DNA of 64,000 nucleotides from a virus (Duplodnaviria; Heunggongvirae; Uroviricota; Caudoviricetes): IMG/VR virus record IMGVR_UViG_3300047444_000069, positions 64,001 to 128,000 of that record; one strand, 5' to 3'. Shown piece by piece: positions 56,345 to 64,000 of this stretch (position 1 is its first letter; each line of letters starts with the position of its first letter). The notes under the pieces were generated by a model. It saw only the letters and a program-made list of their open reading frames with translations, ran no database searches and was not told where the DNA came from. The position numbers and the translations under genes were made by a program.

Positions 56345-57673
56345 ATGTTTAATCTCTCTGAATCAGTCAGCGCGAAGTGGAACCCGGTTCTGGACGCTGA
56401 AGGCGTGGCCCCGATCCGTGATGCACATAAGCGTGCTGTTGTCACGAAGCTGCTGGAAAACCAAGAACAGGACATGCTCAAAGAGCGTCAATCCCTGTTC
56501 GAAGATGCACCTACCAACAACATCGGCGCTGGTTCCGATTCGAACGGTATTGCTAAGTTCGACCCGATCCTGATTTCGCTCGTTCGTCGTGCGATGCCGC
56601 AACTGATGGCTTATGACCTCTGTGGCGTGCAACCGATGTCGGGTCCGACTGGCCTGATCTTCGCAATGCGTTCGAACTACGGTACGGATCGCAACATGGC
56701 AACGCGTTCAGAAGCGTTCGTGAACGAAGCTAATTCGGCATTCTCGGGCGGCGGCGCACAAGCTGGCGCGAACCCGGCTGTTCTGAATGACGGCACTCCG
56801 GGCACGTACACGCGCGGTACGGGTATTGCAACGGCGAATGCTGAAGCACTCGGTACGTCTGGCGGCGGTACGTTCGGTGAAATGAACTTCACGATCGAAA
56901 AGACCACGGTGACTGCAAAGTCGCGTGCTCTCAAGGCTGAATACACCATCGAACTCGCACAAGACTTGAAGGCTGTCCACGGTCTTGACGCTGAAGGCGA
57001 ACTCTCGAACATCCTTTCGCAAGAAATCATGTTCGAACTGAATCGTGAAGTTATCCGCACGATTTACCAAGTGGCGAAGAAGGGTTCGCTGACGACCACG
57101 ACTCCGGGCGTGTTCGACCTTGACGTGGATGCGAATGGCCGCTGGTCGGTTGAGCGCTTCAAGGGTCTTCTGTTCCAAATGGAACGTGACGCAAACGTCA
57201 TTGCACAAGACACCCGTCGCGGCAAGGGCAACTTCATCGTGTGTTCGGCTGACGTGGCTTCCGCTCTGGCGATGGCTGGCGTTCTCGACACCGGTCGTGC
57301 TCTGCAAGGCCAAGATGCTCTGCAAGTTGATGACACTGGCAACACGTTTGCTGGCGTACTCAACGGCAAGCTGAAGGTCTACATTGACCCGTACTCGGCA
57401 AACCTCGGTGCTGCTGAACAGTTCTACGTGGTTGGTTACAAGGGCGCGAATGCCTACGATGCTGGTCTGTTCTACGCACCGTACATCCCGCTGCAAATGA
57501 TGCGCGCTGTTGATCCGCAAAGCTTCCAACCCAAGATTGCGTTTAAGACTCGCTACGGCATGATTGCTAACCCGTTCGTGACCGGCGTTGACGGTCGTAC
57601 CCCGGATGCGGATGCATTCACGGCTGGACGCAATCAATATTTCAGGCGTTCGAGCGTACTCAACCTTATGTAA
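56345..57673 (+). CDS. gp23: Major capsid protein gp23
   Basis: GVQPMSGPTGLIFAMR..KSRALKAEYTIELAQDLKAVHGLDAE..FQPKIAFKTRYG. Confidence 0.97.
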   Translation: MFNLSESVSAKWNPVLDAEGVAPIRDAHKRAVVTKLLENQEQDMLKERQSLFEDAPTNNIGAGSDSNGIAKFDPILISLVRRAMPQLMAYDLCGVQPMSGPTGLIFAMRSNYGTDRNMATRSEAFVNEANSAFSGGGAQAGANPAVLNDGTPGTYTRGTGIATANAEALGTSGGGTFGEMNFTIEKTTVTAKSRALKAEYTIELAQDLKAVHGLDAEGELSNILSQEIMFELNREVIRTIYQVAKKGSLTTTTPGVFDLDVDANGRWSVERFKGLLFQMERDANVIAQDTRRGKGNFIVCSADVASALAMAGVLDTGRALQGQDALQVDDTGNTFAGVLNGKLKVYIDPYSANLGAAEQFYVVGYKGANAYDAGLFYAPYIPLQMMRAVDPQSFQPKIAFKTRYGMIANPFVTGVDGRTPDADAFTAGRNQYFRRSSVLNLM

Positions 57674-57777
57674 TAAAAAATCGCCGGTTCTTCGAATTAA
57701 ATTTCATCAAGAACCGGTTGTTTGAAATTACCAAGTTTGAGACAAGAATTACAATAAGAAATATCTGTTGTGCTTTG

Positions 57778-57800
57778 GACCCGCTTCGGCGGGTCTTTTT
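57778..57800 (+). terminator. Rho-independent terminator with a UUCG tetraloop
   Basis: GACCCGC-TTCG-GCGGGTC-TTTTT. Confidence 0.9.
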
Positions 57801-57814
57801 GTTTGTGGACGAAG

Positions 57815-57843
57815 TTGACATGTTCTGAACCTTGATGTACAAT
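57815..57843 (+). promoter_or_regulatory. Sigma70-type promoter
   Basis: TTGACA-17nt-TACAAT. Confidence 0.8.
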
Positions 57844-57872
57844 AACAACATTGAGTCAAAATTCGAACAACA

Positions 57873-58730
57873 ATGAAAACGTACACCATCTACCGCATCA
57901 CCAACCGTGTAAACGGCAAGGTCTATATCGGCTTCACATCACTCGCCCCTCACAGGCGTCTCAATCAACATCGTCAGTACGCATTCACCACGAACCGCAA
58001 GGGCAAGCTGTTGTACTCGGCAATTGAAAAATATGGCCCGGATGCGTTCGACTATGATGTCATCTACCAATCTCGGGACCGGGAACACTGTCTCGCGATG
58101 GAAGCATCCTTCATCATCGAATACAAGGCGTTCGTGGACCTTCCTGATGCGTGGGGATACAACCTCACCACTGGTGGTAGCCAAGCCGTCAAGTCTGCTG
58201 CATCCATCGCTGCACAGAAGGCGAAGATGACTGGCCGCAAACATACACCGGAACATAACGCGGCGAAGTCGAAGGGTTTGACCGGTGTGGCAAATGCGAT
58301 GTACGGGAAGAAAGGTGCTGATCATCCCTTCTTTGGCCGCAAGCACTCCGAAGAATCGCGCGAGAAAATGCGCGAGATTCAGTTAAAGGTCGCGAAACGC
58401 GGTAAGGATCATCCGTGCTATGGTACAAAGCAGACCGAACTCAACAAGCAACGGACGCGCGAAGCGAACAAGAAGACCTACCATCTGGACTTCAATGGTC
58501 AGAAGTTCGTTACGGATGATCTACCAGACTTCGCCGGTCGCAACGGTTTCAACAAGGACACCATCCGCAACTATTCGCGCCGTGGTGATCGTCTCAAAGG
58601 TTGGATCATCGAGTACACGGTATCGGCCACTGGCGAGAAATATGTTTATGGCACGGTTCAGAAGGATTATTGCGCTAGGGACACCAAGGGCCCGGCAGTT
58701 CTCACGATTCCGTCAATCAGGGCTAAATAG
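57873..58730 (+). CDS. Free-standing GIY-YIG homing endonuclease
   Basis: TIYRITNRVNGKVYIGFT; GYNLTTGG; NUMOD3 (HPFFGRKHSEESREKM). Confidence 0.88.
   Translation: MKTYTIYRITNRVNGKVYIGFTSLAPHRRLNQHRQYAFTTNRKGKLLYSAIEKYGPDAFDYDVIYQSRDREHCLAMEASFIIEYKAFVDLPDAWGYNLTTGGSQAVKSAASIAAQKAKMTGRKHTPEHNAAKSKGLTGVANAMYGKKGADHPFFGRKHSEESREKMREIQLKVAKRGKDHPCYGTKQTELNKQRTREANKKTYHLDFNGQKFVTDDLPDFAGRNGFNKDTIRNYSRRGDRLKGWIIEYTVSATGEKYVYGTVQKDYCARDTKGPAVLTIPSIRAK
58723..58729 (+). promoter_or_regulatory. Late promoter for gp3
   Basis: CTAAATA overlapping the endonuclease stop. Confidence 0.7.
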
Positions 58731-58757
58731 TTCACCACAACTATACCCTGTCGAATC

Positions 58758-59300
58758 ATGGCTGCTGACATCGCTTCCTACAATCGCCCACAATTGGGCC
58801 TGAAGCCACAACACTTCTACTTCAACGTGCCGATGCTGGCCGATGTGACGTTCTCTGTCCAGACGGCTGTGGTCCCCTCAGTGACCCTTGGTGTGGCATC
58901 GTATGACAACCCGATGCAGGAGATTCAGCTTCCGGGCGAAAAGTTGAAGTACGAACCGTTGCGCCTGACCCTGATGATGGACGAAGAATTCCGCACTTAC
59001 ACGCAATTGTATGGCTGGATGCGTGACCTCGCCTTCCCGGACAACCGGCCTGATCTGGCATCCAAGGCATGGTTCAATAACATGCGCCCGCCGATGGGCG
59101 ATGACGCTTCGATGCCGATGACCAATTGCAACCTACTGGTCAATGATTCGAACAACAACACCATCGTCACATTCAACTTCCGTCACGCGTTCCCGATCTA
59201 TGTTGGGGAACTTCAGTTCGACACTACGGAAGACGGTTCGAACTTCATCAAGTACGATGTTGAATTCGCCTACACCTACTTCACTGTCGATACGCCCTGA
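58758..59300 (+). CDS. gp3: Tail tube terminator / tail completion gp3
   Basis: LPGEKLKYEPL..LMMDEEFRTY..W..FRHAFP. Confidence 0.85.
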   Translation: MAADIASYNRPQLGLKPQHFYFNVPMLADVTFSVQTAVVPSVTLGVASYDNPMQEIQLPGEKLKYEPLRLTLMMDEEFRTYTQLYGWMRDLAFPDNRPDLASKAWFNNMRPPMGDDASMPMTNCNLLVNDSNNNTIVTFNFRHAFPIYVGELQFDTTEDGSNFIKYDVEFAYTYFTVDTP

Positions 59301-59301
59301 C

Positions 59302-59330
59302 TTGACACAGACTCCCAAACGTGTTAGAAT
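59302..59330 (+). promoter_or_regulatory. Sigma70-type promoter for uvsY
   Basis: TTGACA-17nt-TAGAAT. Confidence 0.8.
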
Positions 59331-59357
59331 GCGCGAGTAGTCAACTGAAATAATACG

Positions 59358-59798
59358 ATGAAACTCGATGAAGTCAATGAGGAATGGGAAAAAGATGCCA
59401 AGATCGACCCGACCAATCTAGGGTATGAGTCGATCCAGAACCCCATCCTGCACAGCAAGTATCTCACCAAGCTGTCCCACGTTCGGCTGCTGGTCCGCAA
59501 GTCTGAATCCGATTACCTGACGATGCGCAAGGACAAGTACCGCTACTTCCGTGGCGAACTCACCCGCGATGAACTGAAAGAACATGGCTGGCAGCAGTAT
59601 CAAGGTCGGGTTCCTCTGAAGTCAGAGATGGACGAATTCTTGTCTACGGATGCAGACATGATCCGACTGACAAACAAGCTGGAATACCTGAAGACCATTC
59701 AGTACACGCTCGAACAGATCATGAAGGCAATCTCGTCTCGCGGATGGGAAATCAAGGCCGCGATTGAGTGGGAGAAGCTTCGCAACGGCGTGGTCTGA
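59358..59798 (+). CDS. uvsY: Recombination mediator UvsY
   Basis: WEKDAKID..NPILHSKYL..KYRYFRGE..ISSRGWEIKAAIEWEK. Confidence 0.92.
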   Translation: MKLDEVNEEWEKDAKIDPTNLGYESIQNPILHSKYLTKLSHVRLLVRKSESDYLTMRKDKYRYFRGELTRDELKEHGWQQYQGRVPLKSEMDEFLSTDADMIRLTNKLEYLKTIQYTLEQIMKAISSRGWEIKAAIEWEKLRNGVV

Positions 59799-59824
59799 CA
59801 GATGTGTGTGATATGTAACACAAC

Positions 59825-59865
59825 AAAACCCCGACAAGTCATTGATTTTGTTGGGGTTTTTGTTT
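59825..59865 (+). terminator. Terminator-like hairpin after uvsY
   Basis: 13-bp stem AAAACCCCGACAA/TTGTTGGGGTTTT (one G-T), loop GTCATTGATT, T tract. Confidence 0.6.
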
Positions 59866-59902
59866 TAGTGTGTTTTGTCAAGATTGTTTGTGTGTATAAC
59901 TG

Positions 59903-59931
59903 TTGACTTTGTATCCCGGAATCGGTAAGCT
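59903..59931 (+). promoter_or_regulatory. Sigma70-type promoter
   Basis: TTGACT-17nt-TAAGCT. Confidence 0.65.
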
Positions 59932-59983
59932 TGGGACCAAGTAGCCAACCTTGGCTTCCCAGAAAACTGACGGAGAAAGTGTC

Positions 59984-60841
59984 ATGGCAACCACACATAA
60001 AAATGAGCCGAAGTCGAACGGCAAGAACACAGTACTGCGCCCGCTGAACATCGTGACCCGGACGGCTGGTGGAGCGACAGCAGTAAGCGCAACACCCGAA
60101 CAACGTCCCCTGATCATTCGTCGCGGACGCCGACAAGTCACCGAAGCGGCGGCGAAGAAGATCAACGCACAGGCCGAAGCCGCCCAAAAACGGGCGAATG
60201 CACTGGCCGAACGTGCGCAACGACAAGCTACGCTGGCGGCAGAGAAGCAAGCCGAAGCGGATCGACTGGTGCAAGAAGCGGCGGATCGTGATCGAACCGA
60301 ACGGGAACGCGTGCAGCGTGAACAGGAGGAACGTGCGGCCATGCAGCGCGATAGCGTCTCGGCCTCGGGTTCCAAGACGGTTCCGGTAGTCGTGATGACG
60401 CCGGAAATCGACGCCACGATAAAGAAGATGACCAAGGACTTCGACCGGTTCTTCGGCGAAGTCGAAGAAAAGTATGGAATCAAGTTCCACTTTTCTTCGA
60501 CGGAGAATGTTCCGGGCGAACCGACTTTGGTCAAGCGTGGCTTCATCTCTGCCCGTCTGCGCGGTGATCTGCCAGTCGAAAAGAAGTCGATCAGCGTGCC
60601 GACCACGGACCTCGCTGCACAGCGTAGCGAACTGCGCTGGATGAAGCATTATCGGGATGTGAACCTTCCGCAAAACTGGCTGAACAAGGAAATTCACATC
60701 AAGGAAGACCCGAACACGTACATCATCGCCGGTCTGCGTGGCAAGGCACATCACATCGTGCTGCGCAACAAGGAATCGGGCGACACCTTCACGGTGCCGA
60801 ACGAGAACTTCAAGAAGATGCTGGATAAAAGCGTTGCATAA
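59984..60841 (+). CDS. Hypothetical protein with a coiled-coil N-half and a small beta C-domain
   Basis: Ala/Gln/Arg-rich helix; GGAG RBS before ATG 59984. Confidence 0.7.
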   Translation: MATTHKNEPKSNGKNTVLRPLNIVTRTAGGATAVSATPEQRPLIIRRGRRQVTEAAAKKINAQAEAAQKRANALAERAQRQATLAAEKQAEADRLVQEAADRDRTERERVQREQEERAAMQRDSVSASGSKTVPVVVMTPEIDATIKKMTKDFDRFFGEVEEKYGIKFHFSSTENVPGEPTLVKRGFISARLRGDLPVEKKSISVPTTDLAAQRSELRWMKHYRDVNLPQNWLNKEIHIKEDPNTYIIAGLRGKAHHIVLRNKESGDTFTVPNENFKKMLDKSVA

Positions 60842-60919
60842 CTTCTAACTATCAGGGTATTCTTCTGATGTGGGTTGGCCCTGAACCGGCCCACATCGAA
60901 ACGTCCCAGATGTAAGCTT

Positions 60920-60957
60920 GCGGCGCGATTGGTTCCCCTTTCGCGCCGTTTCTTTTT
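60920..60957 (+). terminator. Rho-independent terminator
   Basis: CGGCGCGA/TCGCGCCG plus T tract. Confidence 0.75.
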
Positions 60958-60961
60958 GCTC

Positions 60962-60968
60962 ATAAATA
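60962..60968 (+). promoter_or_regulatory. Late promoter (ATAAATA) for the ART array
   Basis: Motif right after a terminator, 27 nt before ATG 60995. Confidence 0.7.
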
Positions 60969-60994
60969 TTGACAAATCCATCATGGGGTGCTAG

Positions 60995-61786
60995 ATGCTC
61001 AACTTTAAAGAATTCGTGACCGAACAAGAGAACACCGTCGAACAAGGCGTCATGGTGAATGGTGTTCCCAATGTCCTGATCGAAAAGGGCGTCAAGCAAG
61101 GCTTCATCGACAAGAATGGCCTACCCTGTGTCTTGATCGATAAACCCCGGCGCAAGGGGCTACAAGAGGACGCAACGGGGTTTCCCAAGTGGACCAATGT
61201 CAACGACAATGCACATCTCGGGGACCGCACGGCGAAGGTTCATGAGACGCTTGTGACCCATGACAAGCACAATGAGGCTGACACGGAACATCTGCGTCGA
61301 TACAGCGATGATTCGACACAACTAAACCGTACCCTGTTCAAAGATCATAGGTATGGGCGCGAGACGGATCAACACGTTGGCGAGCATGACACCAAGGGCA
61401 TCGATGCAGCGGTCAACCGCAACAAGCTGAAGCACGATCTTCATGTCTACTCGGGTGTTGGCTTTCACCCCGGTCAGATGGCTGCGCGTCATCCAGAAGG
61501 TCATGTGCATTTGGCGGCATACACATCAACGTCAATTGATAAACACACGGCAATGGACTTTGCTGGTGATGACGAAGACGGGACACAACACATCATTCAC
61601 TTCCACCTGAAGAAAGGTCAGAAGGGAAAGTACATGGCCCCACACGCAAGTCCTGATGTTCAACACGAACATGAATTCTTGCTCCCGCGTCGGACTATCG
61701 CAAAGATTCATCCCGAACCTACCGTGCATCGTTCTGGCGGTCAGGACTACCATATTTGGCACGCACACGTACTTGATAACAAATGA
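60995..61786 (+). CDS. ADP-ribosyltransferase-like protein (VIP2/Alt-like clade), array member 1
   Basis: Y..DS..LN..L, HVYSG, YTSTS, EHEFLLPR; N-terminal MLNFKEFVTE. Confidence 0.8.
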   Translation: MLNFKEFVTEQENTVEQGVMVNGVPNVLIEKGVKQGFIDKNGLPCVLIDKPRRKGLQEDATGFPKWTNVNDNAHLGDRTAKVHETLVTHDKHNEADTEHLRRYSDDSTQLNRTLFKDHRYGRETDQHVGEHDTKGIDAAVNRNKLKHDLHVYSGVGFHPGQMAARHPEGHVHLAAYTSTSIDKHTAMDFAGDDEDGTQHIIHFHLKKGQKGKYMAPHASPDVQHEHEFLLPRRTIAKIHPEPTVHRSGGQDYHIWHAHVLDNK

Positions 61787-62460
61787 AGACGTTCTCGGAA
61801 TTCAAACAACATCTGATCACTGAGGCACAGGCCACAGAAGACCTGAAGCAGATGACCTTCTATCACGGCACGACCAACCGCGAAGCGGCATTAGGCATCG
61901 CCAAAAACGGCATTCAACCGGGTGTCACCAAAGAGACGAAGGGAAAGAATGGCATGATGACTCCGGTCGTCGGCAAGACCTATGCAACCCCACACATCGG
62001 CTATGCTCAGACATACGCACTCGGTGGCGCTGTTGCGGGGTCAAAGACTGGTGCAGATCACCTGAAAAAATATCATGGGGACCACGGTTATGTATTTGCC
62101 GTTCATGGTCACGAACTCGGCCACGTTGACCCTGACGAAGATAGCGTCGGGGAAGCGGTCTATCATCGGAAACACGGCTGGCTTAATCGATTGGCGCAAC
62201 AACATCTTACTGACGGACAGCAACGCCGCATCAAAGATGGTGAATATGCAGAATTCGCCAGATCGGGGAAGAAACTAGTCAAGAAGATGTCTGACCATGA
62301 GAAGCTTGATGTGATCCGTGGCGGCGCACATATCGCACACGAAGGACCACTGAAACCTCACTCTGTTTATCGCATCCATCGAGACAAAATACCCATGCTG
62401 AAGGATGACGGTTCAAACTTCTTCGATCATGCAGAGAAGATCGATCCGAAGGACATCTGA
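61783..62460 (+). CDS. ADP-ribosyltransferase-like protein (H-Y clade, PARP/KptA-like), array member 2
   Basis: FYHGT...AA.GI...GI.PG, TYAT..IGYAQTYA; N-terminal MKTFSEF..LITE. Confidence 0.6.
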   Translation: MKTFSEFKQHLITEAQATEDLKQMTFYHGTTNREAALGIAKNGIQPGVTKETKGKNGMMTPVVGKTYATPHIGYAQTYALGGAVAGSKTGADHLKKYHGDHGYVFAVHGHELGHVDPDEDSVGEAVYHRKHGWLNRLAQQHLTDGQQRRIKDGEYAEFARSGKKLVKKMSDHEKLDVIRGGAHIAHEGPLKPHSVYRIHRDKIPMLKDDGSNFFDHAEKIDPKDI

Positions 62461-63119
62461 TGAAGACGTTCAAACAAATGTTCGGAGACGTTGGTGCGTT
62501 ACCCTCGCATCCACACGTCTCCGAATGGGTCAACAAGCACGACAATGCACATCTGGGTAAGGATGAAGACGCAGTAGGCAAGAAGCTGATCAAGGCTGAT
62601 GTCACTCACGGTCATGACCGCGTTCCCCTGCACACGTACACGCGCGATTCAACGAACCTGAATAGTGCCCTGTATCGTGCGCATCGAGACTCACAGCCAC
62701 ATCCAGAAAAGGTAGGACTCCATACGACCTCTGCGCTGGATACAGCAGTCAACAGGAACTCCCTGTCTCACGATCTACATCTGTACTCAGGCGTGAAGTT
62801 CCATCCGGGCCATGAGGCTACAAAGCATCCAGAAGGTCATGTTCATCTTCCGGCCTTCACGTCCACGACTCTCGATAAGTCAGAGGCACGTTGGTTCTCG
62901 CGGGCAGATGATAGCGGCCACGAACACATTCTTCACATCCATGCGCACGCCGGGACCAAGGGCAAGTATGTCGATCACATCAGCGAGAATGATGGCGAGA
63001 AGGAATTCATTCTGCCTCGCAACACGACACTGAAGGTACACCCTTCCCCGTCCAAGTACACCAACAATAGCGGCAATACAACCCATGTATGGCACGCCAC
63101 AATTCATCACCAAGAATGA
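62460..63119 (+). CDS. ADP-ribosyltransferase-like protein, array member 3
   Basis: HLYSG, FTSTT, EKEFILPR; N-terminal MKTFKQMF. Confidence 0.8.
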   Translation: MKTFKQMFGDVGALPSHPHVSEWVNKHDNAHLGKDEDAVGKKLIKADVTHGHDRVPLHTYTRDSTNLNSALYRAHRDSQPHPEKVGLHTTSALDTAVNRNSLSHDLHLYSGVKFHPGHEATKHPEGHVHLPAFTSTTLDKSEARWFSRADDSGHEHILHIHAHAGTKGKYVDHISENDGEKEFILPRNTTLKVHPSPSKYTNNSGNTTHVWHATIHHQE

Positions 63120-63916
63120 AAACGTTCAAGCAATTTATTTTGGAGTCCTGTGATCATGGCATGAAGGATGGCTTGCCATGTGCGGTCGTTCTGCGTCCCG
63201 ATCATCTGACCGAAGAAGACCATCGCATGGCGAAGTGGTCGCTGGATCATTCGGCCAATGCACATCTGGGTAGCACGAAGATGAAGCAAGGTGATGCGCT
63301 GGCATGGGACCATCCGATCAGCCCGGAAGATCGACAGCATCTTCATCGTTACACCAAGTCGAGTAATTCGCTGAACAGTGAACTCTTTCGACGGCATGTA
63401 GAAGATCACCCGGAACCGAACCCGGCATCAGTCCCGACCAAAGGTGGAGATAGTCATCATGACGTTGCGGCGCTTGATAAGGCCGTCAGTCACCCGCTGA
63501 AGCGAGACGTACACGTTTACTCTGGTGTGCGATTCAACCCCGGCCAAGTGGCTTCTCGTCATCCTGAAGGGCATATTCACCTTCCGGCCTACACGTCTAC
63601 TTCACTGGATCGCGGTGTCGCCAACCAGTTCGCGGACTCTGGTCACATCCTTCATGTCCATCTGAAGGCCGGTGACAAGGCTCGATACCTCGGCGCTGAC
63701 TCACACTACACGCATGAGAAGGAAGTCCTGTTGCCCCGGCATACGACGCTGAAGGTCCATCCAGAACCGACCAAGGTGAAGGAAGAAGGCGGAAACACGG
63801 TCCATGTCTGGCACGCGCATGTGGTCCATCAGGCGCACCCGGATGACATCAAGCCTGTTGGTAAGGCCAAGAAGCCGAAAAACCGATCACTTGATACCAC
63901 GGTGACAGACGTATGA
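63116..63916 (+). CDS. ADP-ribosyltransferase-like protein, array member 4
   Basis: HVYSG, YTSTS, EKEVLLPR; N-terminal MKTFKQFILE; start moved to ATG 63116. Confidence 0.8.
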   Translation: MKTFKQFILESCDHGMKDGLPCAVVLRPDHLTEEDHRMAKWSLDHSANAHLGSTKMKQGDALAWDHPISPEDRQHLHRYTKSSNSLNSELFRRHVEDHPEPNPASVPTKGGDSHHDVAALDKAVSHPLKRDVHVYSGVRFNPGQVASRHPEGHIHLPAYTSTSLDRGVANQFADSGHILHVHLKAGDKARYLGADSHYTHEKEVLLPRHTTLKVHPEPTKVKEEGGNTVHVWHAHVVHQAHPDDIKPVGKAKKPKNRSLDTTVTDV

Positions 63917-64000
63917 AGACGTTCAGACAATTCCTCGAAGAAGCGAAGATCACAGATAAGAAACACATCGAAAACTACACGGACCTGTCTCGACCTCTAT
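63913..64000 (+). CDS. Fifth array member, truncated by the window edge
   Basis: MKTFRQFLEEAKITDKKHIENYTDLSRPL; H..YT..S..L parallels the first helix of members 1, 3 and 4. Confidence 0.6.
   Translation, partial: MKTFRQFLEEAKITDKKHIENYTDLSRPL

Noticed and set aside
57680..57725. CCGGTTCTT/AAGAACCGG hairpin after gp23 as an sRNA
   Set aside because: It lies within the 3' UTR before the real terminator, so an mRNA stability element is the simpler explanation.
1..64000. tRNA/rRNA genes and stop-codon recoding
   Set aside because: No cloverleaf with T-loop and acceptor stem was spotted by eye, though a tRNAscan run would be decisive. Core genes are intact in the standard code.
1..64000. Assignment to a named phage genus or host
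   Set aside because: Gene order and motifs show T4-superfamily ancestry, but a taxon or host cannot be supported without a search.

Overview
The window is the virion-morphogenesis region of a large T4-related myophage. The + strand carries the conserved late genes in T4-like order: gp48, gp53, baseplate hub, gp5, gp25, gp6, gp7-like, gp8, a tail fibre, a VrlC/DUF4815-like giant protein, gp13-gp23, gp3 and uvsY. A partial gp4 lies on the - strand at the left edge. Most late blocks are preceded by a (C/A)TAAATA late-promoter motif. Two - strand blocks of small accessory genes (9.3-13.7 kb and 17.7-23.9 kb) with sigma70-type promoters interrupt the baseplate cluster, and four related free-standing GIY-YIG homing endonucleases are scattered through the region. 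Six things stand out. (1) At the right edge is a late-promoter-driven, translationally coupled array of ADP-ribosyltransferase-like genes, each starting with a T4 internal-protein-type capsid-targeting sequence; the three complete RSE-like copies have Ser in place of the canonical Arg. (2) At the left edge is a tandem array of seven His-rich genes sharing an N-terminal F-x-x-[KR]-[YFW]-G-[ST] motif, six of them HEAT/LRV-like repeat proteins. (3) Both arrays share strong His enrichment, suggesting a capsid-packaged effector cargo system. (4) A small accessory ORF carries a free-standing copy of the capsid 'Gol' segment. (5) gp5 carries two different peptidoglycan hydrolase domains. (6) A structured, roughly 550-nt non-coding region has a late promoter pointing into it. 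All family assignments are by visual motif recognition; no searches were run, and no host or taxon is asserted.
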